The translations under genes were made by a program, and so were the position numbers. The notes below the pieces were generated by a model. The model was not told the origin of the DNA. It searched no databases and saw only the letters and a list, made by a program, of their open reading frames with translations. From an uncultured Gemmatimonadaceae bacterium (lineage in GTDB: Bacteria > Gemmatimonadota > Gemmatimonadetes > Gemmatimonadales > Gemmatimonadaceae), in assembly GCA_963761305.1 (NCBI GenBank), contig CAVXGK010000002.1, forward strand, positions 608,001 to 672,000: DNA of 64,000 nucleotides, written 5' to 3'. Shown one piece after another: positions 49,289 to 60,100 of this stretch; the stretch's first letter is position 1; each line of letters starts with the position of its first letter.

Positions 49289-49646
49289 TCATCGCTGCGC
49301 TCCGTTCGCAGCAATCAGCAAGGCAACTGCTTCCGAGTAGCGCTCCCATTTGGAGAGTTCGATGGCGAGGCGCCCACGGCCGGCGGCGGTGAGGCGATAA
49401 AACTTGGCTCTGCGTCCCGCTGGTGTCTGGCCCCAGTGAGTCGAGCCAGCCCTTGTCCTCCATTCGGTGAAGCGCCGGATACAGTGCCCCTTCTTCCACC
49501 CGAAGGCGTTCCACCGTGGACTCCTCGATCCAACGGAGAACGGCGAGGCCGTGCCTCGGTCCCCACGAGAGAGTCCTCAAAATGAGAAGATCGAGCGTCC
49601 CACGAAGCAGTTCGAGATCTGATTTGTCGAGGGCAGCGGGTGCCAA
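49289..49646 (-). pseudogene. Acidobacterial-type PadR regulator, frameshifted at ~49436
   Basis: LLRGTLDLLILRTLSWGPRHG..EEGALYPALHRMEDKGWL, then WGQTPAGRRAKFYRLTAAGR..WERYSEAV in another frame. Confidence 0.85.
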
Positions 49647-49678
49647 AGGGCGCCTCTGATATATAAGGTTGTTAGGCC

Positions 49679-49708
49679 AGACTATCTCGACGCTTCGAGG
49701 ACTGTCAA
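49679..49708 (-). promoter_or_regulatory. padR promoter with a palindromic candidate operator
   Basis: Minus strand TTGACA-N18-TAGTCT; CTCGA-N4-TCGAG (49686-49699) lies in the spacer. Confidence 0.6.
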
Positions 49709-49824
49709 GGCGCCTCTTTCTCGGCCAACCGTCGCGCCATTGCGGGATTGTTACATGACGGGCATATTCGCGCGGGTTGTCGCCAGTTGTTCTCCCCTCC
49801 CCCGCGACAACTGAGGCCTCAGCT

Positions 49825-50424
49825 GTGCCCCCGTCTCTGCGGCTATCCTCGAGTTCGTCCAACATCGCGTCGTCCTCTCCTCGGCCGCTCTCGGACGAGG
49901 AGCTGTTGCGGCAATTAGCCCTCGACGAAACGCGGGCGCTCGAGGTAGCGCTGGCTCGCTACTGGACGCTGGTCGTCGACTACGTCGCGCGGCTCACGCA
50001 CTCCGAGGACGCCGCGCAGGACGTTGCCCAACGCGCGTTCTGCCAACTGTGGGATCGCCGGGCCCAATGGGCGGCCGCCGGATCGCTCCGTGCGCTCATC
50101 TGCCGCATCGCGCGCAACTATGCCATCAGCGATTATCGCCGCCAACAAGCCGACGAGCGGAGCGCCGCGACATTCCTGGAGTTGAGCGGGCCGTCAGCGG
50201 CAACGGTGTCGGACGGCGACACCACCCGCCTTCGCGCGATCATCGATCGCGAGATGGCACGTTTGCCGGAACGGCGCCGCGAGATTCTTGTCCTTCGCTG
50301 CTACCACGACCTCTCGTACAGAGAGATCGCCGAGGTGATGGGAATCGCCGAGCAGACCGTGGCGAACCAGCTCAGCAAAGGGCTCGCGGCGCTTCGAAAA
50401 TCTCTGGGACGGCTGCTCGACTGA
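49825..50424 (+). CDS. ECF sigma factor (FecI-like)
   Basis: Region 2 AAQDVAQRAF..LW, region 4 LPERRREIL..LSYREIAEVMGIAEQTV. Confidence 0.9.
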   Translation: MPPSLRLSSSSSNIASSSPRPLSDEELLRQLALDETRALEVALARYWTLVVDYVARLTHSEDAAQDVAQRAFCQLWDRRAQWAAAGSLRALICRIARNYAISDYRRQQADERSAATFLELSGPSAATVSDGDTTRLRAIIDREMARLPERRREILVLRCYHDLSYREIAEVMGIAEQTVANQLSKGLAALRKSLGRLLD

Positions 50425-50467
50425 CGACCCAATAGTAGAGCAAGCGCCGCTGGTGCGTGTAAGGGCG

Positions 50468-53400
50468 ATGCGATCCCTTTCCATCGCCGCCGCGTTGCCT
50501 TTTTGCCTCGTTGCCAGCCCCGCCGCCGTTGCCCAGCGGGGCGGTCGGACGAGTCCGCCGATTTCCCAACCGGCCGTCGCGATTTCGCGGCCCTGGCCGA
50601 ACGCCGCGAGTTGGCGGCAGATCGGCCCGGCGGCGTTCGGCGGCCGAGTGAACGACATCGAAGCCGTACCTAGCGACCCTCACGTGATTTTCGTCGCCAC
50701 CGCGGCGGGCGGCGTCTTCCGAAGCAAGAACAACGGTACCACGTGGGACGCCACGTTCGACGGTTTCGGAAATACTCTCTCGATCGGCGACATCGCCATC
50801 GCACCGAGCAACCCGAATGTCGTGTGGGTGGGGACGGGCGAAGCAAACAATCGCCAAAGCTCGACGTGGGGCGACGGCGTCTATCGCTCGACCGACGGCG
50901 GCACGAGCTGGCGTCACATGGGCTTGGCCGAAACGCAGAGCATCGGCCGCATCGTCATCGATCGCCACAATCCGGATATCGTCTTTGTCGCCGCGGTCGG
51001 CCATCTCTTCGGGCCGAACGACGAGCGCGGCCTCTATCGCACGAGAGACGGCGGAGCGACCTGGCAGCGCGTGCTGTGGGTGGACGCCAACACCGGTGCC
51101 ACTGACGTCGTGATCTCTCCGGATGGGCGCACGCTGGTGGCGGCAACCTATCAGCGCCGGCGCCGCGAGTTCGGATTCGCCGGCAGCGGACCTGGCAGCG
51201 CGCTGTGGCGGTCCACCGACGGCGGCGACACCTGGTCGCGCGTGACGAACGGCTTGCCCGCCGCCGACCTCGGACGGATCGGCCTCGACATCTCGGCGAG
51301 CAATCCAAACGTCGTGTACGCGGTCGTCGAGGCTTTCCCGCCGGGGGGAGGCGTCTATCGGTCGGACGACGGCGGCGCGACGTGGGCGCGACGCAACGCG
51401 GTCAATCAACGGGGCAACTACTTCAGTCAGATTCGCGTCGATCCCAAGAACCCGAATCACGTCTGGTTGCTCGCTACCGCGCTCGTCGCGTCGCATGACG
51501 GCGGGACGACGTTCTCCAGCGACTCAATCGCGCCCTATGCGCATCCCGACCATCACGCGATGTGGATCGACCCGAACGATCCGCGGCACGTCATGCTCGG
51601 CAACGACGGTGGCGTGTACTTCTCGTACGACGACGGGCGTTCGTGGAGCTACATCGACAATCTGCCGATCAGCCAGTTCTACGACATCGCCATCGATGAT
51701 CGCGAGCCGTACTGGATCTATGGAGGTGCCCAGGACAACGGCTCGTGGGCGTTTCCGAGCGCCACGTACTCGCGCGGCGGGATGACGAACCTGGACGTCC
51801 AGAACACCGGGTTCGGCGACGGTTTCCAATCGGCCGTGGATCCGCTCGATCGACGATTCGTTCATGCGAATTCTCAGAACGGCCGCGCGTTTCTCGCCGA
51901 CATGGTAACGCGCGAGGAACGCTTCATCCAGCCGGTCGCGGCGGCCGGGCAGGACCCTTATCGATTCAACTGGAACACGGCGATGCAGCAGTCGCCCAAC
52001 GATCCGCGCGCGCTCTACCTTGGCGCGCAGAAGTTGCTGCTTTCGACGGATCGGGGAACGACGTGGCGCGAGATCAGCCCCGATCTCACGAAACACCTCG
52101 GGCGCGGCCAGCTCAGCGTGGGCGACGGCTTTCCCGCAGGTCGATCGCTGTCGCAGAACGACGGCGTCAGCGCGTACGGCAACATCACGACGATCAGCGA
52201 GTCGCCGAAGGCGCGCGGCACGATCTACGTCGGGACGGACGACGGAAACGTGCAGATGACCACCGACGGCGGCGGCCATTGGACCGATCTGACGCCGCGC
52301 TTCGCGATGCCGCAGACGCGCTACGTGAGCAAGGTCTACGCGTCTCGGCACGACGCGCGCACCGCCTACGCTGCATTCGACGGGCACTGGGACGACGACA
52401 ACAAGCCCTATCTGTTCAGCACCGATGACGGTGGTGCGACGTGGAAATCGATTGCCGCCGACCTTCCGAACTGGAAGCCCGTCAAAACCATCGAGGAAGA
52501 TCCGCGCGATCCGCGGGTGCTCTTCGCCGGCACCGAGTTCGGTCTGTACTGGACGAGTGACGCCGGTGCTCACTGGTTGCCGGCGAGCGGGAACGTGCCG
52601 CCGGTGATGGTCGATCGAATCATCGTCAATCCCAAGAACAACGATCTCATCGTGGCGACGCACGGCCGCGGCGTGATGATTCTCGACGACATCGCACCGA
52701 TCGAAGCATCGGCTGGACTAGACGACGTCCGGTTGTTCGCGCTGCGACCGGCGACCGAGGTGCAGATGTATCGCGACCTTCCATGGCCTGGTGGAAACGC
52801 GTTCGTCGCGCCCAACGCCCCGGTCGGTACTTACATCTCGTACGCGCTTGCCAACGATCCGCGCACGGCCGACAGCGTGAGGATCCGGATCTCGGCACCC
52901 GACGGCGCCGTGGTGAACGAGATGGTCGGCCCGGATCGACGCGGAACGTTCCGTGTGTTGTGGGACCTGCGCTACCGCTTCAAGTACGTGCCGCCGCCGT
53001 CCGATTCCGGCTTCTACGGCCCGCCGCGAGCGCCGTACGTGGCACCCGGCGAGTATACCATCGCGCTCACGGCGCGGGGCCGAACGGTGACGCAGAAGGT
53101 GCGCGTGCAGAGCGATCCGCGCGCCGCGCGCACCGACGCCGGTTTGCGCGACCGCGCCGCGATGAATCTCCGTGCACGCGACCTGAGCCGCGTCTACTTC
53201 GACGCGATTGCGGCCCTCGACGCCATCGACGCCGAGCTGAAAACTCTGGGCGAGTCGACGGACAGCGCCGCCAAGGCGATCTCGGCGCGCGTCGTCACGC
53301 TGCGACAGCGGGCGCGAGGCAACAGCATCACCTCGGGGATCGGACGGCTTTTCGACCTTACTGCGGCGATCGAGTCGTCGTCGATGCCGCCGACCGACGC

Positions 53401-53551
53401 CCAGCATCGAAGCCTCGCTGCGTCGGTTGCCGAGTTCACCGATGTCACCACCGCGGTAAACGCCCTGATCACGACCGATCTCCCCGCGCTCCTGGCCGGG
53501 CTCGGCAGGCCGCCGAGCAACGCCATCGCCGTCGTCGCTCCGCCCACCTGA
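50468..53551 (+). CDS. Secreted VPS10/sortilin-like BNR (Asp-box) beta-propeller protein
   Basis: Signal peptide, WRQIGPA..GGR, many SxDGGxTW boxes, ATHGRG. Confidence 0.88.
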   Translation: MRSLSIAAALPFCLVASPAAVAQRGGRTSPPISQPAVAISRPWPNAASWRQIGPAAFGGRVNDIEAVPSDPHVIFVATAAGGVFRSKNNGTTWDATFDGFGNTLSIGDIAIAPSNPNVVWVGTGEANNRQSSTWGDGVYRSTDGGTSWRHMGLAETQSIGRIVIDRHNPDIVFVAAVGHLFGPNDERGLYRTRDGGATWQRVLWVDANTGATDVVISPDGRTLVAATYQRRRREFGFAGSGPGSALWRSTDGGDTWSRVTNGLPAADLGRIGLDISASNPNVVYAVVEAFPPGGGVYRSDDGGATWARRNAVNQRGNYFSQIRVDPKNPNHVWLLATALVASHDGGTTFSSDSIAPYAHPDHHAMWIDPNDPRHVMLGNDGGVYFSYDDGRSWSYIDNLPISQFYDIAIDDREPYWIYGGAQDNGSWAFPSATYSRGGMTNLDVQNTGFGDGFQSAVDPLDRRFVHANSQNGRAFLADMVTREERFIQPVAAAGQDPYRFNWNTAMQQSPNDPRALYLGAQKLLLSTDRGTTWREISPDLTKHLGRGQLSVGDGFPAGRSLSQNDGVSAYGNITTISESPKARGTIYVGTDDGNVQMTTDGGGHWTDLTPRFAMPQTRYVSKVYASRHDARTAYAAFDGHWDDDNKPYLFSTDDGGATWKSIAADLPNWKPVKTIEEDPRDPRVLFAGTEFGLYWTSDAGAHWLPASGNVPPVMVDRIIVNPKNNDLIVATHGRGVMILDDIAPIEASAGLDDVRLFALRPATEVQMYRDLPWPGGNAFVAPNAPVGTYISYALANDPRTADSVRIRISAPDGAVVNEMVGPDRRGTFRVLWDLRYRFKYVPPPSDSGFYGPPRAPYVAPGEYTIALTARGRTVTQKVRVQSDPRAARTDAGLRDRAAMNLRARDLSRVYFDAIAALDAIDAELKTLGESTDSAAKAISARVVTLRQRARGNSITSGIGRLFDLTAAIESSSMPPTDAQHRSLAASVAEFTDVTTAVNALITTDLPALLAGLGRPPSNAIAVVAPPT

Positions 53552-53572
53552 TCGTTCTCACAACACACTTCC

Positions 53573-55273
53573 ATGAAACTCGCATCGCTGTCCCGCGCGC
53601 TTCCCATGGCCAGTCTGGCGCTCTCTCCCGGCATCGCCTGGGCGGAGAGGCACCACCCCGTTCCGATGGCCACGCCGCGATTCGAAATCACGTTTCCGGC
53701 AGCGGCTCACCCCGGGCCGATCACCGGGCGACTCGTGCTCGTCGTCGCCAAGACCGCGCAGCCCGAGCCGCGACTCGCCATTTCGCCGCGCGGGCCGGCG
53801 TTGTTCGCGATCGACGTCGACCAGTGGTCGCCGGGCCGTGCCGTCGTCATCGACGAGGCCGCGCTCGGCTACCCGATGGCCCTCTCGGCGCTGCCACCCG
53901 GCGACTATTTCGTCCAGGCCATCATCAACGTCTACGAGCAAGTTCACCGCGCGGACGGCAAGACCGTGTGGCTGCCGATGAACGACGGGAACATCGAGTT
54001 CTTCAGCAACGCGGCGCACAATCTCTACAGCGACGTGGTTCCGGTTCATGTGGGCGGCGACGGGGCGGAGGCAAACGCTTTCAAGGTCGACGTCACTCAC
54101 GTCCTGCCCGCGTTCACTCGCCCGAAGGACACCGAGTGGATCAAGCAGGTGACGTTCCAGAGCCCGATGCTCACCAAGTTCTGGGGCCGCCCGATTTTCA
54201 TGCACGCGTCGGTGCTTCTGCCCAAAGGTTACGACCAGCATCCGGCGACCCACTACCCGACGGTCTACACCCTCGGCCACGGCGAGTCTCCGCTCAGCTT
54301 CTCGACGAACCCGCCGCGCGCGGGCGCGCCGGCCGGCGTCAGTCCGGTGACCGGCACCGAGAGCGGGTATGCGACGTTCCAAAAGTGGAACGCCGACGAC
54401 TATCCGCGCGTGGTCTGCATCAGCCTACAGCAGCAGACGCCCTATTTCCCCGACTCGTACTCGGTGAACTCGGCGAACAACGGCCCGTACGGCGACGCCG
54501 TCGTGGAGGAGATGATTCCGTTCCTCGAGAAGACCTTCCGTCTGATCGCCAAGCCATACGCCCGACAGCTGGAAGGCGCATCGACCAGCGGGTGGCAAAC
54601 GCTGGCGCTCCAGCTCCAACATCCCGAGTTCTTCGGCGGCGCGTGGGTTTTCCAGCCCGATCCGATCGATTTCACGCGCTATCAGGAAGTCAACATCTAC
54701 ACGGACACGAACGCGTTCGACGTTCAAACCGGCCCCTTCACCAAGACGGAGCGCTATTTCCAACGCACGACCGACGGGCAGACGCTGTTCACAACCCGAG
54801 AGCTGAGCCGGTTCGAGGCGGTGCTCGGAAGCCACGGTCGTTCGGCGTACCAGCTCGAGGCGTGGGAAGCGGTCTATGGTCCGATCGGCGCAGACGGTTA
54901 TCCGGTGCCGCTCTGGGACAAGGCGACGGGACACATCGACCACACGGTCGCCGAGTACATGCGCGACCACGGTTTCGATCTGCGCGCGTACGCCGAGAAG
55001 AATTGGCCGACGATCGGGTCGCAGCTCGTCGGCAAGCTGCACTTCTCGGCCGGCGACATGGACGACTACTGGCTGAACCTAGCCGTCTACAAGTTCGAGG
55101 ATTTTCTCAAGACGACGACGAACCCGCATTACGAGGGCGACTTCGTGTACGGGCGTCCCATGAAAGGCCATTCGTGGCACTATGCCCCGTGGGCCGATTT
55201 CATCCGCAAGGTCGCCACGACGGTCAAGGCGCAGGCGCCGGCCGGCGAAAACCCCACTCTCTGGAATTACTGA
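53573..55273 (+). CDS. Secreted alpha/beta-hydrolase (putative esterase family)
   Basis: VLLPKGYD..YPTVY, VNSANNGPYGDA, GASTSGW nucleophile elbow, GDMDDY, KGHSW. Confidence 0.8.
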   Translation: MKLASLSRALPMASLALSPGIAWAERHHPVPMATPRFEITFPAAAHPGPITGRLVLVVAKTAQPEPRLAISPRGPALFAIDVDQWSPGRAVVIDEAALGYPMALSALPPGDYFVQAIINVYEQVHRADGKTVWLPMNDGNIEFFSNAAHNLYSDVVPVHVGGDGAEANAFKVDVTHVLPAFTRPKDTEWIKQVTFQSPMLTKFWGRPIFMHASVLLPKGYDQHPATHYPTVYTLGHGESPLSFSTNPPRAGAPAGVSPVTGTESGYATFQKWNADDYPRVVCISLQQQTPYFPDSYSVNSANNGPYGDAVVEEMIPFLEKTFRLIAKPYARQLEGASTSGWQTLALQLQHPEFFGGAWVFQPDPIDFTRYQEVNIYTDTNAFDVQTGPFTKTERYFQRTTDGQTLFTTRELSRFEAVLGSHGRSAYQLEAWEAVYGPIGADGYPVPLWDKATGHIDHTVAEYMRDHGFDLRAYAEKNWPTIGSQLVGKLHFSAGDMDDYWLNLAVYKFEDFLKTTTNPHYEGDFVYGRPMKGHSWHYAPWADFIRKVATTVKAQAPAGENPTLWNY

Positions 55274-55344
55274 TGGTAGATCGTCGCCTCCACGTGCGTG
55301 TGGGCGATGCAGACTCTCTCCCTCGGGATCGAGGTCCCACCTAC

Positions 55345-56118
55345 ATGAGCCAGTCCATCGAAAAGGATGTGCGCTTCCTGAAACGATATGCCATCGTGAC
55401 GACGACGCTGCTCGCCGTCCTGTCGGTGGCGGCGTTCACGCGATCGTCGGGGATCGCGAAGTTCGACGAGATCGACGTCGAGCGGATCAACATCCGCGAG
55501 CCGAACGGCAACTATCGGATGGTTCTCTCGAATCGGCCGCGATCCATCGGACCCGTTTACAAGAACAAACCGTTCGGCTACGCGGGGGGCGGTCGCCCCG
55601 GGATCATCTTCTTCAACGACGAGGGCACCGAGAACGGCGGGCTGACGTTTACCGGCAGCACCTGCACGGAGGGGCGATCGGTCACGACGGGCGGCGCCTG
55701 CACGAACGGCAGCTACCGGGCGTCGACGCACATGTCATTCGATCAGTTCAACCAGGACCAGGTCGTGAACCTGGACTACAGCGACAACAACGGTCAGAAG
55801 CTGATGGGTTTCTCGATCAACGACCGGGCGCCCATCGACATCAAGCAGATGGTGGACGAGCGGGATTCGATCATGAAGATCGCCGACACGTCCGCACGGC
55901 GGGCCGCGCTGACGCGATGGACGGCGCCGCGGAACGGATATCCGCTCAACGTGCAGCGCCTGTTCATCGGCCGCGATCCGTCGAAGTCGGCGGTGCTCAA
56001 CCTTGCCGATCCAAATGGCAAACCCCGCCTTCGCTTGGTGGTCGACTCGCTCGGCGGCGCGCGCATCGAGTTTCTCGACGAGGCCGGCCACGTCACCTCG
56101 ACGGTACCAGGCAAATGA
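55345..56118 (+). CDS. Membrane-anchored hypothetical protein
   Basis: GAGG SD, N-terminal TM, FDEIDVERINIREP, GIIFFNDEGTENGGL, RLRLVVD; ATGA overlap with fecR. Confidence 0.75.
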   Translation: MSQSIEKDVRFLKRYAIVTTTLLAVLSVAAFTRSSGIAKFDEIDVERINIREPNGNYRMVLSNRPRSIGPVYKNKPFGYAGGGRPGIIFFNDEGTENGGLTFTGSTCTEGRSVTTGGACTNGSYRASTHMSFDQFNQDQVVNLDYSDNNGQKLMGFSINDRAPIDIKQMVDERDSIMKIADTSARRAALTRWTAPRNGYPLNVQRLFIGRDPSKSAVLNLADPNGKPRLRLVVDSLGGARIEFLDEAGHVTSTVPGK

Positions 56119-57128
56119 CGTTTCGCCCGTTTGGCACCGGCGCCCGCGATCGGAATATCGACGAGCTGATTCTTCGTTCGTTGCGAAACGAGCTGACGGA
56201 CGATGAGTCCGCGCGGCTCGCGGAATGGCGGCACGAGTCGTCGGTCAACGAACAGCTGTATCGGCGATCAGCTCGGTTGAGCGACGCGATGGCTCCTCGC
56301 GCTGTCGCCGCCAGGCAGCCTCCGGCCGTCGAGTCGATCCTGTCGGGCGAGCGCTCGTCGCCGATCGCGCCGCGGTGGACCAGCGGTCGGCGCACTGTGC
56401 TGCGCGCATCGCTGGCGGCGGGCATCGTGCTCGTTGTGTCGGCGGCGGCGTTCGAGTGGCGACATCGCCCCGCGACGCCCCAAGTTGACCGACCGTTGGC
56501 CGAGGGTGTCGGCTATTCGACCGGCCCGTCGGAGATGGCGACCGTGCAACTCAGCGACGGGAGCGTCGTTCGCCTCGCGCCGAGCAGCAAGCTGCGCTTC
56601 GTGCAGCACGCAGCGATGCGTGAGGCGACGCTCGAGGGACGTGCCTTCTTCTCGGTGGCCAAGATCGCCGGCCGAGCGTTCCGTGTGCATACGCGATTGG
56701 GCGAGGCGACCGTGCTCGGAACGAAATTCGAGATGGCGACCGATTCGAGCGAACTGAAATTGCTCGTCGTGTCCGGCCGGGTCGCTCTCGCCGGTTCGCG
56801 CAATCAAGTCGAGGTGCACGGCGGCGAGGTGAGTGGAGTTCGCCAGGGCACTGTCGCCGAGCCGACGCGTCTTCCGGACGCCGCGAAGATGAACGAATGG
56901 GTGGGGAAGTTCCTGGCCTTTCAGTCGACGCCCATGCGCGAAGTCGCTCGCGAGATCCAGGAGACGTACGGGATTCGAATCGTGATCGAAGACTCGGTCA
57001 TCGCCAATCGCACGGTCATCGGCACGTTCACCGATCGTGATTCACGCGACGTGATCGACATGGTGTGCTCGGTAGTGAACGCACAGTGCGTGAATCGCCC
57101 CGGCGAAGTCGTGATGTCGGGCCGGTAG
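56115..57128 (+). CDS. FecR-family anti-sigma/sensor
   Basis: TM, LSDGSVVRLAPSSKL, LEGRAFFSVAK, VLGTKF, FQSTPMREVA. Confidence 0.92.
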   Translation: MTFRPFGTGARDRNIDELILRSLRNELTDDESARLAEWRHESSVNEQLYRRSARLSDAMAPRAVAARQPPAVESILSGERSSPIAPRWTSGRRTVLRASLAAGIVLVVSAAAFEWRHRPATPQVDRPLAEGVGYSTGPSEMATVQLSDGSVVRLAPSSKLRFVQHAAMREATLEGRAFFSVAKIAGRAFRVHTRLGEATVLGTKFEMATDSSELKLLVVSGRVALAGSRNQVEVHGGEVSGVRQGTVAEPTRLPDAAKMNEWVGKFLAFQSTPMREVAREIQETYGIRIVIEDSVIANRTVIGTFTDRDSRDVIDMVCSVVNAQCVNRPGEVVMSGR

Positions 57129-57176
57129 CGCAGCGCACATGCGCGCGTCGAACGTCCTTCCAGAGGAATGAGGAAC

Positions 57177-60100
57177 ATGAGGACAACACTTCGTACGAGT
57201 GCCTTGTACGCCGCGATGGGATCGGCGTTGACTCTCGCGCTTGCCGCGCGGACCGCGTCGGCGGTCGCGACGCGCGGCGATGCTATCGAGCGCCGCCAGT
57301 CGGACGACGTACTCGAGCGGCCGGCGCGTCTCGAGGTGCGAGACGTGGCGCTGGCCATGGCGTTGCGTGACCTCGCCCACCATGCACGCGTCGCACTGGT
57401 CTACAGTCCGAGCCTCGTGCCCGAGGTCACCGTGAGTTGCCGCTGTGCGGCCGCCACGACTCGGGAGGCCCTCGAGACGTTGCTTGTGAAGACGACGCTG
57501 ACGTTTCGAGAAGCCGATGGACAGGTGATGCTGGTTCCGGCGCCGCTGCAACGTTTCGAGGTGCCGGCGGCGGGTGCCGATGACACGTCCGTGCCGGCGG
57601 CGATCACGCTGGCATCGTCCGACGTGTCGGCCGTCCCGAGCCGGCGCCAGTTCGCCGACTCGTCGATTGTGGTCGGCCAAGCGACGAGCGATGCCGGCGC
57701 ACCGATTGCGGCGGCGCTGGTGACGATTCCCGATCTGCGCCTCTCGACCACGACGAGCGACGCCGGCCTGTTCCGACTGGTCGTTCCCCCGGATCGATAC
57801 AGCGCGAGGATTGACACACTGCACGTCGTGCGGATCGGGTATCGGCCCGCGCTGATCCCATTTCAACTGAGGCCGGGCCGCGTCGTTGTCGACGTCGTAA
57901 TGTCGGCGGCGGCTGTGGCACTCGACCAGATCGTCGTCACCGGCACGGCCGGAAATCAGGAACGCCGCGCCCAGGCCGCCGTCGTCGCCAGCGTCGACGC
58001 GACGGACCTCATGGCGAAGGCGCCGGTGCTCGACGTGAGCCAGCTCCTCTACGCCCAGACGCCGGGTGTCTCGATGACGACGGCGTCGGGAACGAGCGGC
58101 GCCAATACCAGAATCGACATACGCGGCCAGGCTTCGATCTCTCTCTCGAACTATCCCCTCGTCTTCATCGACGGCGTGCGCGTGACTGCCGGCCCGCGCG
58201 GCACGGCAGGCAGCGGCGTCGGCGGCCAGACGTTGAGCGCACTCAACGACCTCAACCCCGACGACATCGAAAGCATCGAGGTCGTGAAAGGTCCGGCGGC
58301 GGCAACGCTGTACGGCGCCGACGCGTCAGCTGGCGTGATTCAGATTCTCACGAAGAAGGGACGGCCGGGCGCGCGTCGGTTCTCGCAGAAGGTGACGCTC
58401 GAATACGACAACCTGAGTCCGAACTTCACCCCGTACACCAACTACGCGAAGTGCACCGCCACGCTCGTGGCGGCGACGAGCACGAATCCATTGTGCAATG
58501 GCCAGGCGGTCGGAGCAGTCGTCTCCGACAACGTCCTGGTCCGCAACGACGTGTTCACCAACGGTTCGGCGGGCACGCTCGGGTACAGCGTGCAAGGCGG
58601 GGGCGACAACTTCGGGTACTACGGCTCGTTCGACGCGACGAACGAGCAGGGCACCACGCCGGACAACTTCCTGAACCATCGCAGCGGCCGCATCAACTTT
58701 ACCTGGATCGCCACGCCGAAGGTGTCGGTGGACGCCAGCGTCTCGGTCGCACGGATGGACGACAAGCTGCCCAAAGGCGATCAGGATACCGATGGATTTC
58801 TCTTGGGCGGCGATTTCGGATCGCCGCTGTCGGTGACCAGGGATCCGACCGGCGCGCTCGCCGGCGGTTGGTTCATCGCGTCGGAAAACGTGCAGGCCAT
58901 CTCGGCGATCAATACGGAGGACAACACCCTTCGCGCGACGCCAAGCGTGCAACTGCACTACACGCCGGTTTCGTGGTTCACCAACCGCCTCACGCTCGGC
59001 GAAGACTTCACGCACATCCTGGCCAGCCAGCTCTACCCAAAGAACAACCTCAATTGGTACAGCTCGTTGCAAAACACCGGCGTCATCTCGGTGAGCGAGT
59101 CAGACGCCAACCTCTACACGGCCGACTACCTCGGAAATCTGAGCGGCCGCTTTGGGCCGGCCGGTCGCATGTCGTCCGATTTCTCGTTCGGCAGCCAATG
59201 GATCAACACCGTGAGCAGTGGACTGGGCGGTGTCGGGACGGGATTGCTGACCAATACGAACGACGTCGTCGGCGCGGCGACGACGTCGACGGCATCGCAG
59301 AGCTACGCCCAGTCGAAGTCGTTCGGCTACTTCGGGCAAGAGCAGCTCGGGCTGAACGATCGGCTTTTTCTGGAGGCCGGCGCGCGTGTAGATCGGAACT
59401 CGGCGTTCGGTAAGAATTACGGAGCCTTCTTTCTGCCCAAAGCCGGCATCTCGTACGTCCTGTCGCAGGAACCGTTTTGGCAGGAACGACTCTCGAACAT
59501 TTCCACATTCCGCCTGCGCGCTGCCTACGGGACGACCGGCCGCTCGCCCAGTAGCACTGCGGCTCTCCAGACGTATAGCAAGGCCAATTACATAACCGAC
59601 GCGGGCGTCGTCCAACCGGGCGTGTCGCCGGGCAGCCCGGGGAACGCGAATCTCGAGCCCGAGCGGGGGTCGGAGTTCGAGGGAGGTTTCGACGCCGGAT
59701 TCCTTCACGATCGCGTCGGTCTCGAGGCAACGTACTTCGACAAGCGCTCGAAAAACTTGTTGCTGAGCCTCCCGATCGCGCCGTCGTCAGGTTTCTCATC
59801 GAGCCCGCTAGTAAACATCGGTGAGGTGTCGAACAAGGGCTATGAATTGTCGCTGCGCGCCACGCCGGTTTCGACGCGCAACGTGACCTGGGACTTCACG
59901 GCGACGGCGAACACCGTCCAGAACCGCATCGAGAACATGGGATCGGTGGCGCCGTTCGTGAGCAGCAACAACCAGTGCTTCAAGCCGGGCATGGAAGTGG
60001 GCGCCTGGTGCGTGCCGCAAGTCGTGCGCGTGGACACCGTGGCCAACAAGGCGTTCGTCACCGACACCGCCGTCAACGTCGGCGGTCAGTTGGCCAAATT

